Virus record (IMG/VR): IMGVR_UViG_3300042559_000133 | Location: 1 to 41,335 of that record | Reading direction: 5' to 3' (one strand) | Origin: a virus | Taxonomy: Duplodnaviria; Caudoviricetes | DNA length: 41,335 bases | Shown: piece after piece, positions 25,140-32,902 of the stretch | Layout of the letters: every line of letters starts with the position of its first letter | Position numbering within the stretch: the first letter of the stretch is position 1 | The notes under the pieces: generated by a model | What the model saw: only the letters and a program-made list of their open reading frames with translations | Databases searched by the model: none | What the model was told of the DNA's origin: nothing | Program-made: the position numbers and the translations under genes

Positions 25140-26258
25140 ATGAAGATGCCCGAACCAGTACACACCCACACCACGGCCACTGCGATCGTCCAGTGGTACG
25201 AAAAGAAGGTCGACGAGAATCGCCCGCACCTGGGCGCCAGCGAGATCGGCAAGCCCTGCGATCGTGCGCTGTGGTACGGATTCCACTGGACCACGAAGAA
25301 GAAATTCCCAGGACGCATCAAGCGCCTGTTCGATACAGGCTTCCGCGAAGAGGCTCGCTTCCTGGAAGAGCTGCGCGGCATTGGCGTCGAGGTCCATGAC
25401 CGGGACCCGATCACCAAGCTGCAGCACAGATTCTCTGCAGTCGATGGCCACTTCGGCGGCAGCTGCGACGGCGTCGGCCGCGGGTTCCCGGAAGGTCCGA
25501 AGACCTGGGCGATCGTCGAATTCAAAACCCATGGCTCGAAGAGCTTTGCCGATCTCGCCAAGTCTGGCGTCCAGAAGTCCAAGCCTGAGCACTACGCCCA
25601 GATGCAGGTCTACATGGGCCTGGCCGAGCTGGACCGTGCGCTGTACCTGGCAGTCAACAAAGACACCGATGAGCTGCACAGCGAATGGATTCACTTCGAC
25701 AAGGAAGCATTCGCAGCGCTGCTTGCCCGTGCCGAGAAGATCATCCGCGCCGATGAGCCGCCGCCTGGTATCAGCACCGACCCAGCCTGGTATCAGTGCA
25801 AATTCTGCGACCACGCGAAGCTCTGCCACGGGCAGATCGCAGCCGCAAAGAACTGCCGCACGTGCGTGCACTCTACGCCGGCCACCGATACCGAGTGGAA
25901 CTGCGCAGCACAGAAGCGCCAGCTCTCGGTTGCGGAGCAGCGCATCGGCTGCCGTCAGCACCTGGTCCTGCCTCCCCTGGTGCCGTATGCCGATGCCATC
26001 GATGCCGGTCCTGACTTCATCAAGTACCAGCACAAGGCCACCGGCATGGTGTTCGCCAACTGCACCGAAGACGCGGACCGCAGCGAAGAGAACATGACCA
26101 ACGACATCACCGCCTGCTACACCAGCGCCGAGCTCGAGGTCGCCATCTCCCAGGTGGTCGGAGACAAGGAGCACGCAGAGCTCAAGAAGCAATTCCCGGA
26201 CAGCCGGATTGTTGGCAGCCGCCTGCTCGAGGACAACGACGATGACATTCCATTTTGA
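25140..26258 (+). CDS. PD-(D/E)xK exonuclease, Cas4-like with Cys clusters
   Basis: LGASEIGKPCDRALWY, GSCDG, VEFKT, HYAQMQVYM, CKFCDH..LC, CRTC; C-terminal DDIPF. Confidence 0.85.
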   Translation: MKMPEPVHTHTTATAIVQWYEKKVDENRPHLGASEIGKPCDRALWYGFHWTTKKKFPGRIKRLFDTGFREEARFLEELRGIGVEVHDRDPITKLQHRFSAVDGHFGGSCDGVGRGFPEGPKTWAIVEFKTHGSKSFADLAKSGVQKSKPEHYAQMQVYMGLAELDRALYLAVNKDTDELHSEWIHFDKEAFAALLARAEKIIRADEPPPGISTDPAWYQCKFCDHAKLCHGQIAAAKNCRTCVHSTPATDTEWNCAAQKRQLSVAEQRIGCRQHLVLPPLVPYADAIDAGPDFIKYQHKATGMVFANCTEDADRSEENMTNDITACYTSAELEVAISQVVGDKEHAELKKQFPDSRIVGSRLLEDNDDDIPF

Positions 26259-26267
26259 GGTGACAGC

Positions 26268-26453
26268 ATGAACGCAAAGAAAGCAAAGGCACTGCGCCAG
26301 ATGATCAAGCACCTGCATGGCCACAGGCCTGAGCACGCGTTCAAGCAGATGTCGGTGGGTTACGCGCAGGGCATGGTCACGGTGGCAGCGGACACCCAGC
26401 GCGGGCAGTACGTCACCATGAAACGCGTCATCGCCAAGGCCTACAACAAATGA
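26268..26453 (+). CDS. Small basic hypothetical protein, 61 aa
   Basis: GAGGTG RBS; stop overlaps the next ATG. Confidence 0.7.
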   Translation: MNAKKAKALRQMIKHLHGHRPEHAFKQMSVGYAQGMVTVAADTQRGQYVTMKRVIAKAYNK

Positions 26454-26566
26454 CCCCGCAGTATTTCGAGCTGATATTTCTGACTGCCGGGATACTGATT
26501 GGCATCGGCATGACTTTTCTTGTGCTGGCTGTCACTGTTTATTTATTTACAAAGAACGACACATGA
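26450..26566 (+). CDS. Small single-pass membrane protein, 38 aa (not in ORF track)
   Basis: MTPQYFELIFLTAGILIGIGMTFLVLAVTVYLFTKNDT; ATGA overlaps at both ends. Confidence 0.65.
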   Translation: MTPQYFELIFLTAGILIGIGMTFLVLAVTVYLFTKNDT

Positions 26567-26805
26567 AACGAAAGCCCGACCAAGAATGGCGCATCTATGT
26601 TGATGACGTCCGGCGCCAGGCCATGCAAACCATCGCAGACATTCGCAGCGGAGCCGTCGACGCAGAGCAGATCGACAAGCTGCAAAACTTCGTGCTGTTC
26701 AGCCTGGCGCTGATGCAGATGGAAGGACCGCGCAAGTGGCAGCTCGCCAAGATCAATGCCGAGATCATGTCATTCAATCATGGAGAAAAATCATCGACCA
26801 CTTAA
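26563..26805 (+). CDS. Hypothetical protein, 80 aa
   Basis: Translationally coupled; host-like codon usage. Confidence 0.7.
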   Translation: MKRKPDQEWRIYVDDVRRQAMQTIADIRSGAVDAEQIDKLQNFVLFSLALMQMEGPRKWQLAKINAEIMSFNHGEKSSTT

Positions 26806-27041
26806 CGCAAAAGACTACCGACCAGCTCTACTTTCGGGACCCTGACATTGACCCGCCACCTCGAGCAACCAGCATGCTGCTGTTGAATCCTGGTGGTGTG
26901 CTGATTGTCGGCACCTGGTCAGATGATTGCCTGGGCTGGTGCCCGAAGCCGAAGATTCCTGAGAGCATCAAGAACAAAATCACCAAAGAAAAGCTGTGGA
27001 AGAAGCGATCCATCGCAGACAAACTAGGAGAAGAACAATGA
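26736..27041 (+). CDS. Hypothetical protein (start uncertain)
   Basis: LYFRDPDIDPPP...LLLNPGGVLIVGTW...LGWCPKP; stop overlaps the next ATG. Confidence 0.6.
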   Translation: MAARQDQCRDHVIQSWRKIIDHLTQKTTDQLYFRDPDIDPPPRATSMLLLNPGGVLIVGTWSDDCLGWCPKPKIPESIKNKITKEKLWKKRSIADKLGEEQ

Positions 27042-27331
27042 AGAGGAGCGAGATTCTGCGTGTGGTCGAAGGCATCATCTGCAATGACCGGCAAGACACG
27101 CACGGCAACCCAGAGAACACGTTCGCGCTGATCGCCACGTACTGGGAAACCTACCTGCGCATGCACATCTCTGATCACGACGTCGCCGTGCTGATGGCGC
27201 TGTTCAAGATTGCCAGGCTGCAGGTCAACCCGCAGCACCAGGACAACATCCTGGACGGCATCGGCTACCTGGCCATCGCCGGCGAGCTCATCGATAAACC
27301 TGGAACTGACGACCTGTTGAACTTCAGATGA
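27038..27331 (+). CDS. DUF6378-like protein (nucleotide-pyrophosphatase-like helical family)
   Basis: DRQDTHGNPENTF..IA.YW..YL...DVAVLMALFKIAR...DNILDGIGY; AGGAG RBS. Confidence 0.78.
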   Translation: MKRSEILRVVEGIICNDRQDTHGNPENTFALIATYWETYLRMHISDHDVAVLMALFKIARLQVNPQHQDNILDGIGYLAIAGELIDKPGTDDLLNFR

Positions 27332-28920
27332 AACTACGACACTACCAATCGGACGCGATCCAGTCGATCTACAACTGGTTTGCTGCCGGCAAGGATGCAC
27401 CGCTGATCGTCACGCCCACCGGGTCCGGCAAGTCGGTGATCCTGGCGGAGTTCATTCGCCGTGCCTGCACCGAATTCCCTGGCACCAACATCCTGGTGCT
27501 CACGCACGTGAAGGAGCTGGTCGAGCAGGACGCCAAAGCTATCCGCACGATCTGGCCGCACGCGAGTGTCGGCATCTATTCCGCTGGCCTGGGCAAGCGC
27601 CAGATCAAGCCGGTGACCGTGGCCAGCATCCAGTCGATCTACAACAAGCCGACCTTCCGCGGCCGCTTCGATCTGATCATCGTCGACGAAGCGCACCTGA
27701 TTCCGCACAAGAGCACCGGCATGTACCGCAACTTCCTGGAGAAGAGCGCGGAGGTCAACCCGGACACCAAGCTAATCGGCCTGACTGCCACGCCCTACCG
27801 CCTGGACAGCGGCGTGCTGCACGAAGGTGAAGGCGCCATGTTTGACGGCATCAGCTATGAGGCCAACGTGGCCGACCTGATCGAGCAAGGCTACCTGTGC
27901 CGGCTCACGGCCCAGCACGGCGCCGACGTCGACCTGGATGGTGTGCGCACCGTCGGCGGCGAGTTCAACCTGGGCCAGCTGGGCGAGCGCATGTCCGCCC
28001 TGGAGCTGGTCGAGCACCACACCGATCTGATCGTGGAGCGCTGCGCCGACCGCAACAGCTGGCTGATCTTCTGCGTCACCGTCGAGCATGCCAGCCAGAT
28101 CAGCGCTTCACTGCGCCGCCGCGGCATCGCCGCCACCTTCGTGTCGGGCGACATGCCAAACAGCGAGCGCGACGCCAAGATCACCGCCTTCAAGAATGGC
28201 GAGCTGCGCGCCCTGGTCAACTGCTCTATCCTGACCACGGGCTTTGACCACCCGGCAACCGACGCCGTGATCCTGCTGCGCCCTACCCTGTCGCCTGGTC
28301 TGTACGTGCAGATGGTCGGCCGCGGACTGCGCCTGCATGACAGCAAAGAGAACTGCCTGGTGCTGGACTTCGGCGGCAACGTGCGCCGGCATGGATTCAT
28401 TGACCAGGTGCAGCCGCCCAGGAAGGGCAGGAAGGGGCCGCCCCAGGAAGCGCCGGTCAAGCAGTGCCCACGCTGCAACAGGCTGCACCCGATCATGACC
28501 AGGCTGTGCCCGTGCGGATTCCAGTTCGAGATTGCCGAGCGTGAAAACGAAACCCTGGCTCACGCCGGACCGATGCTATCGACCGAGGTCCCGCCGGTGC
28601 AGCTCAATGTCGAGCGCGTCGAGTATGCCAAGCACGTCGGCAAGTCGGGCGTGCCCACATTGAAGGTGACCTATTATTGTGGCTTGCGCAGCGTGTCAGA
28701 GTACGTGTGCATCGAGCATAGCGGGTACGCCAGAACGAAGGCCGTCAACTGGTGGGGATCACGCTGGAATAACCGCTTTGATCCTGTGCCGGTGAGCGTG
28801 GACGATGCGCTGGTGATTACGCACGAACTACTCGAGCCAGAACAAATTGTCGTGTCGTTCTCTACCAAGTACCCAGAGATCAAGCGGCACGTGTTTGATG
28901 TTGAGACAACCGCAGCATGA
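27328..28920 (+). CDS. Superfamily II DEAH helicase (RadD/YejH-like) with Zn finger, 530 aa
   Basis: PTGSGKS, DEAH, TATP, LTTGFD, QMVGRGLR and CPRC...CPCG motifs. Confidence 0.93.
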   Translation: MKLRHYQSDAIQSIYNWFAAGKDAPLIVTPTGSGKSVILAEFIRRACTEFPGTNILVLTHVKELVEQDAKAIRTIWPHASVGIYSAGLGKRQIKPVTVASIQSIYNKPTFRGRFDLIIVDEAHLIPHKSTGMYRNFLEKSAEVNPDTKLIGLTATPYRLDSGVLHEGEGAMFDGISYEANVADLIEQGYLCRLTAQHGADVDLDGVRTVGGEFNLGQLGERMSALELVEHHTDLIVERCADRNSWLIFCVTVEHASQISASLRRRGIAATFVSGDMPNSERDAKITAFKNGELRALVNCSILTTGFDHPATDAVILLRPTLSPGLYVQMVGRGLRLHDSKENCLVLDFGGNVRRHGFIDQVQPPRKGRKGPPQEAPVKQCPRCNRLHPIMTRLCPCGFQFEIAERENETLAHAGPMLSTEVPPVQLNVERVEYAKHVGKSGVPTLKVTYYCGLRSVSEYVCIEHSGYARTKAVNWWGSRWNNRFDPVPVSVDDALVITHELLEPEQIVVSFSTKYPEIKRHVFDVETTAA

Positions 28921-28946
28921 TGCTGCACACATAACCAGGAGGTGAC

Positions 28947-29141
28947 ATGGAAGACAAACGATTACGCTACATCGACACCGGCAAGGTGAAGATCGGCATC
29001 TACCATCAACGCAAGCTCGAGCCGGACATGACCTATGACATGGAGCACGTGCAGCGAGTGATCTTGCCCAAGCCGCTTGGCACGCTGCATTCATTCAACT
29101 GGCCCACGCTGCGCCAGATGGTCCGCTGGTTGGTGTCGTGA
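28947..29141 (+). CDS. Hypothetical protein, 64 aa
   Basis: AGGAGG RBS. Confidence 0.7.
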   Translation: MEDKRLRYIDTGKVKIGIYHQRKLEPDMTYDMEHVQRVILPKPLGTLHSFNWPTLRQMVRWLVS

Positions 29142-29509
29142 TGGCGCAGGCACCGACCACCCGCCTGGCCGTGTTCGAGGTGTTGAAAGAGAACGGCCCA
29201 CTGCACACCGCAGCGATTGCAGAAATCCTGGGCATGGACCAACGCAGTGTGAACAGCTCGGTGCGCATCGCTCACCAGCGCAAGCTGCTGCACATCAGCG
29301 GATGGAAGCGCAGCTTCGGAACGAAGGGTCGATGGGGCGCGATCTATTCTCTCGGGCCTGGCCAGGATCGCAAGCCACCCCAGGTCGATCCACACAAGCA
29401 GGCGAACGAACGCTACCGGGAGAAGTACCGGGAGGTCCTTCGTCGCAGAACAAACGCACGCCGTGGTCGCCTTGCGGACCACTGGCTTCAATTACTGAGG
29501 GTCGCATGA
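29138..29509 (+). CDS. Winged-helix-like DNA-binding protein, 123 aa
   Basis: LKENGPLHTAAIAEILGM...LLHISGW; basic C-terminus; coupled to neighbours. Confidence 0.65.
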   Translation: MMAQAPTTRLAVFEVLKENGPLHTAAIAEILGMDQRSVNSSVRIAHQRKLLHISGWKRSFGTKGRWGAIYSLGPGQDRKPPQVDPHKQANERYREKYREVLRRRTNARRGRLADHWLQLLRVA

Positions 29510-29694
29510 ATCGCATCCGTGAAGTTTTGATCTACGTGTACATGGCCATCGTGGCCTGTGCATCGCTGTACTTTGCAACGAAGCTCGACCAGGTTCCAAA
29601 CAAACCGTCGTGCCAGCTTGTCGAGATCAGCCCAGATTTTTCAACTGAGCACCGCGAGTGGTGCCGCAAGAATAGAGGAGCACACAGACTATGA
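29506..29694 (+). CDS. Small membrane-anchored protein, 62 aa
   Basis: MNRIREVLIYVYMAIVACASLYF hydrophobic segment, then C..VEISPDF...C; GAGG RBS. Confidence 0.65.
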   Translation: MNRIREVLIYVYMAIVACASLYFATKLDQVPNKPSCQLVEISPDFSTEHREWCRKNRGAHRL

Positions 29695-29906
29695 GCACAC
29701 ACCAGCTACCAGTCACCCTGGAAGAAGACATGCGCAAGATGGCCGAGCGGCAGAAGGCCAAGGCCTGGGTCGGCGAGCCGGCAGGGCCGCGCACGTTCGT
29801 GAAGCCTGGCGTCTACACGGGAGCAGAATTGCGCAACCGACGCGAGACGATCTGGGACACTGTGCCAAGCGTCATGGGTGGTCAGAGAATCCCGCGTCGT
29901 GCATAA
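29691..29906 (+). CDS. Hypothetical protein, 71 aa
   Basis: GAGGAG RBS; ATGA overlap; last gene of the early operon. Confidence 0.68.
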   Translation: MSTHQLPVTLEEDMRKMAERQKAKAWVGEPAGPRTFVKPGVYTGAELRNRRETIWDTVPSVMGGQRIPRRA

Positions 29907-29915
29907 TGCTCACAC

Positions 29916-30013
29916 GCTGCTGCGCGTGATGTAGCCCTGTGCAATTTGCAGGGGACAAGCGGTTGAAATGTTGCGATAACTGCTTGAACTTTCTATACAT
30001 TATGCGCAGCAGC
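29916..30013 (+). repeat. Forked inverted repeat overlapping the dif-like site
   Basis: 18-bp outer stem 29916-33/29996-30013 with two G.T pairs, enclosing two inner hairpins (CCCTG...CAGGG and CAAGCGGTT...AACTGCTTG). Confidence 0.7.
29983..30010 (-). mobile_element. dif-like XerCD recombination site (putative attP)
   Basis: Minus strand GCTGCGCATAA-TGTATA-GAAAGTTCAAG vs E. coli dif GGTGCGCATAA-TGTATA-TTATGTTAAAT: XerC arm 10/11, core 6/6, XerD arm 6/11; intergenic. Confidence 0.8.
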
Positions 30014-30033
30014 ACTTTGTTATGTCTCATCAC

Positions 30034-30050
30034 GTTGTGCTATTCTCAAC
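30034..30050 (+). promoter_or_regulatory. Operator overlapping the extended -10 of the DUF3653 gene (leaderless)
   Basis: GTTGTG-CTATT-CTCAAC matches the 22064-80 operator; TGc-TATTCT ends 7 nt before ATG 30054; no SD. Confidence 0.62.
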
Positions 30051-30053
30051 AGT

Positions 30054-30479
30054 ATGGACACCAAGGTGCAGGAACTCATCGACCTGGTTCAGGAGCTCGG
30101 CATGTCACGCGCCGAGCGCCTGCTCAACGTCCATCGCACGACCATAAGTCGCTGGATGAAAAGACAAACCCGCATTCCAGACGCCGCCTTGCTGACCCTG
30201 CGCGCCGCCGCCAAGGGCCAGCTCCCAGGGCAAACCGATCGCACCTGGCAAGGCTGGTCCTTCGACAAGCACGGAACCCTCTGGTCACCTAGTGGTGATC
30301 AATTCACATCAGGCGACCTCATGGCCCAGCGCTATGAGCGTGCCGTCATCCGCGAGCTGCGCAAGGAAATTGCCGAGCTCGAGGCCAAGCTCATCAGGAT
30401 GACCAAGGCCGCCGCCGTGGTCGACCAGGCAGCCAACGACCTCGCCATCTCAGGACCACTGGCCAAAGCCTACGGGTAA
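30054..30479 (+). CDS. HTH + DUF3653-like protein (XafT-like Xer activation factor candidate), 141 aa
   Basis: AERLLNVHRTTISRW...IP HTH, then WQGWSF..HGTLWSPSGDQFTSGDL, the DUF3653 signature as recalled; C-terminal coiled coil; adjacent to the dif-like site. Confidence 0.75.
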   Translation: MDTKVQELIDLVQELGMSRAERLLNVHRTTISRWMKRQTRIPDAALLTLRAAAKGQLPGQTDRTWQGWSFDKHGTLWSPSGDQFTSGDLMAQRYERAVIRELRKEIAELEAKLIRMTKAAAVVDQAANDLAISGPLAKAYG

Positions 30480-30505
30480 AAAAAGACCCCGGCACATGGC
30501 CGGGG
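30478..30505 (-). terminator. Rho-independent terminator of the late/lysis transcript
   Basis: CCCCGGC-N5-GCCGGGG stem followed by a U7 run on the minus strand, between converging genes. Confidence 0.85.
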
Positions 30506-30575
30506 CTGAACCCACGCTGGCGCTTGATTGGGGGAAGGAGTGTCCCACGCCAGGCAGGAGGGGCCGCTGTAGCCG

Positions 30576-31055
30576 CTAACTCAGATACAAGGCGCGCTCG
30601 TCCTTGCGCCGCTTGACCAAGCCAGGCAAGACCTTGCCGGCTGCCTTGGTCCATTTCAGAAACTCTTCTGCTGCGCCCTCGTAGTCGCCGCGGTTGGTAC
30701 GCATGCGGATGCCGCTGCGCTGCAGGTTGCCCAGGCCGACGTTAAAAGAGAAACTCACCAGAGCATCGAACACGCCTTGACGACCAACAGCGCCAGGGCA
30801 CATTCGTAATACACCTCGCTCAAACCGTTTAAGGTCTGCCTCAAGAATTGCATCGACTTCCTCCATCGTCAGTGTTCGGTTCCAATCCGGCGGACACTCC
30901 AGTGCCAGGCGATCATCGAACTTCACGTTGCAGTGAGCTGGCGAGATCACATGCCCAACGCCTACCGTCCACAAGCGCGCTGGGCATCGGTACGGTTTGC
31001 GCCGCACGCCCTCATGGTGTTTGATCATCTCGATCGCTTTGGCGCTGATCTTCAT
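30576..31055 (-). CDS. Endolysin, GH24 lysozyme, 159 aa
   Basis: HHEGVRRKPYRCPARLWTVGVGH (E-x8-C-x5-T), FDALVSFSFNVG, GLVKRRKDE. Confidence 0.93.
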   Translation of the reverse strand: MKISAKAIEMIKHHEGVRRKPYRCPARLWTVGVGHVISPAHCNVKFDDRLALECPPDWNRTLTMEEVDAILEADLKRFERGVLRMCPGAVGRQGVFDALVSFSFNVGLGNLQRSGIRMRTNRGDYEGAAEEFLKWTKAAGKVLPGLVKRRKDERALYLS

Positions 31056-31567
31056 TTACCGAAGGCGCGACCGCCAAAGTGGAAGGCGATGATGCTGGCA
31101 AACAAGGCCTGCGTCTCATCGTCCCAGAGCTGATCAGACAACTCCTTGAACGAAACGCCAGCTTCAAAACCCTTGTATGCAAGCACGGCATCGAGCACGC
31201 ACAGCAATAAGAAAAAACCATACGTGATGACCGGGCGCACCGATGCGCGCAGGTCCTTCATCCATTTGCTGGTGCCCTCGTTCAGACTCATGTCGTGGGC
31301 GTAGATGGCATTCATCTCCGCCTGCTGCGCACCGATCAGTGCCTGCTGCGTATCGGCTGCTGACTGGGTGCGAATCTCATCCAGGCGAATCTCTTCGATC
31401 TTGGCCTGCGCCGCGTAGCCACGCTCGAGCATCTGCAGCTCGCGTTCGGTTTGCAGCTGGGCGAGCTTGAGCTCATGCGACTTGTCGGATTTGTCCTGGA
31501 AGAATTCCAGAATCTTGGGCAGGCCGCCCATCAAGAACGACGCGAAGGTCGATATGAGTGTGAGCAT
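31052..31567 (-). CDS. Holin-like membrane protein, 171 aa
   Basis: Hydrophobic N-terminus, coiled coil, SVRPVITYGFF transmembrane segment and IIAFHFGGR end; coupled to the endolysin. Confidence 0.7.
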   Translation of the reverse strand: MLTLISTFASFLMGGLPKILEFFQDKSDKSHELKLAQLQTERELQMLERGYAAQAKIEEIRLDEIRTQSAADTQQALIGAQQAEMNAIYAHDMSLNEGTSKWMKDLRASVRPVITYGFFLLLCVLDAVLAYKGFEAGVSFKELSDQLWDDETQALFASIIAFHFGGRAFGK

Positions 31568-32184
31568 TACAGTTTTCCTCCTTGTTGAAACATCCACCAG
31601 ATGGCGTAGACAAAACCAATCAGACACGCGCCAATCACGATCGCAGCACCAAACTGCTGCAGCGACTCAATCTTCTTGGCGCGCTCACGGCGAATGGCCA
31701 TGAGCTTGCGTTTCTCCTCGAGGATTCGCTCCGTCTCTGCACGGCGCTTGGCCTCGATCTCCGCCTTCTCTTCGTTGACGATCACGTCGCGCCGGTAGCA
31801 CAGCTCCGCATACAAGCCAGGCTCATTGCACTGCCAGGTGAGATAGTTCTTGAGCTCCTCCTCCTGGGCACGCAGCTCTCGCTCGTATTGCATGGCCTCG
31901 AGCGCACGCACGGTGGCGCTCTTCTTTGCAGCAGGCTCCGCCGGCGAGCCGTCTTCGGTGACCGGCACCGGTTCGTCCCTGGCTTTCTTGACCTCGTTGA
32001 TGTGCTTCTGCACCTCGCCATGAGCCGTGAAGACCTTGACCAGTGCACCCATCGATTCGGTCGCGGACATGCCTGCTTCCGCGCATTCGCGGAACTCGTC
32101 CATCGCTTCCTTGGCCGTGTCGAAAGCCGCCTTCAATGCTTTGGCGCCACCGATCACTGCACTGATGGTGATCGGATCGATCAT
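31567..32184 (-). CDS. Coiled-coil protein with C-terminal transmembrane helix (lysis region), 205 aa
   Basis: MIDPITISAVIGG start; C-terminal FGAAIVIGACLIGFVYAIWW; TAATG coupling. Confidence 0.72.
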   Translation of the reverse strand: MIDPITISAVIGGAKALKAAFDTAKEAMDEFRECAEAGMSATESMGALVKVFTAHGEVQKHINEVKKARDEPVPVTEDGSPAEPAAKKSATVRALEAMQYERELRAQEEELKNYLTWQCNEPGLYAELCYRRDVIVNEEKAEIEAKRRAETERILEEKRKLMAIRRERAKKIESLQQFGAAIVIGACLIGFVYAIWWMFQQGGKL

Positions 32185-32185
32185 G

Positions 32186-32344
32186 TCAGTGACCCTTCAA
32201 CACAAGGGACAGCAGCAGCAGGATGATTGCCCCAGCGCTGGCTATCAGAATCGACTCGAGTCTCTTGAGCCGTGCATTGATGCCCGCGTAACGCACAGCG
32301 CACACCTCTTCATGTGTGCTCAATTTTGCTTCGATCGAATCCAC
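32186..32344 (-). CDS. Small XhlA-like/holin-like membrane protein, 52 aa (not in ORF track)
   Basis: GTG start after AAAGGG; MDSIEAKLSTHEEVCAVRYAGINARLKRLESILIASAGAIILLLLSLVLKGH. Confidence 0.72.
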   Translation of the reverse strand: MDSIEAKLSTHEEVCAVRYAGINARLKRLESILIASAGAIILLLLSLVLKGH

Positions 32345-32389
32345 TGCATAACCCTTTCACATCACGTTTGGTTTTTCTCATCACCCTGG

Positions 32390-32902
32390 TCAAACTGGAA
32401 CCAGGTTTCCCGAAATACTGATCCTCAGATCGTCACTCAAATTCTTGGTGACCTTGTGCCTGGCCCACGCCGGGAACACATACAGGTCGCCCTGCTTGGG
32501 CAGGATGCTGTGCTGATAGCCATGATCGAACTCGAAGCACAGATAGCCAGCCTTCTCTGGCACGGACACGTAGTACACGAACGCGGCCACATTCGCGCCG
32601 CCCAGGTGATGGTGCAGGCCGGTGCTCTCGAGCGGCCGATGTATCTGCGACCACACCTCAGACACGCGCAAGCCAGAGCTCTGCGCCAGCGCCTGAATGC
32701 CATTGATCAGCTGCGTGCCTGGACCCTGCTCGATCGGCGCGAACTTGGTGTCCTCAAACAGACAGCTGCGCGGATCGTCCGATAGCCGCTGCTGCGACCT
32801 GAGCACCTCGGCAGCCAGCAGATCATTGTCAATGCCGACCACAGCAAACTTGTCCGCCAGCGCCGACATCAACATCTCCACCCCCACGTGCGTCATGTTC
32901 AT
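32390..32902 (-). CDS. 2OG-Fe(II) oxygenase, 170 aa
   Basis: WSQIH...LHHH...FVYYV...PKQGDLYVFPAWARHKV...RISISGN. Confidence 0.85.
   Translation of the reverse strand: MNMTHVGVEMLMSALADKFAVVGIDNDLLAAEVLRSQQRLSDDPRSCLFEDTKFAPIEQGPGTQLINGIQALAQSSGLRVSEVWSQIHRPLESTGLHHHLGGANVAAFVYYVSVPEKAGYLCFEFDHGYQHSILPKQGDLYVFPAWARHKVTKNLSDDLRISISGNLVPV

Noticed and set aside
25140-26258. CRISPR-Cas system suggested by the Cas4-like nuclease
   Set aside because: No array or other cas genes; it sits in a standard Sak4/SSB/exonuclease module.
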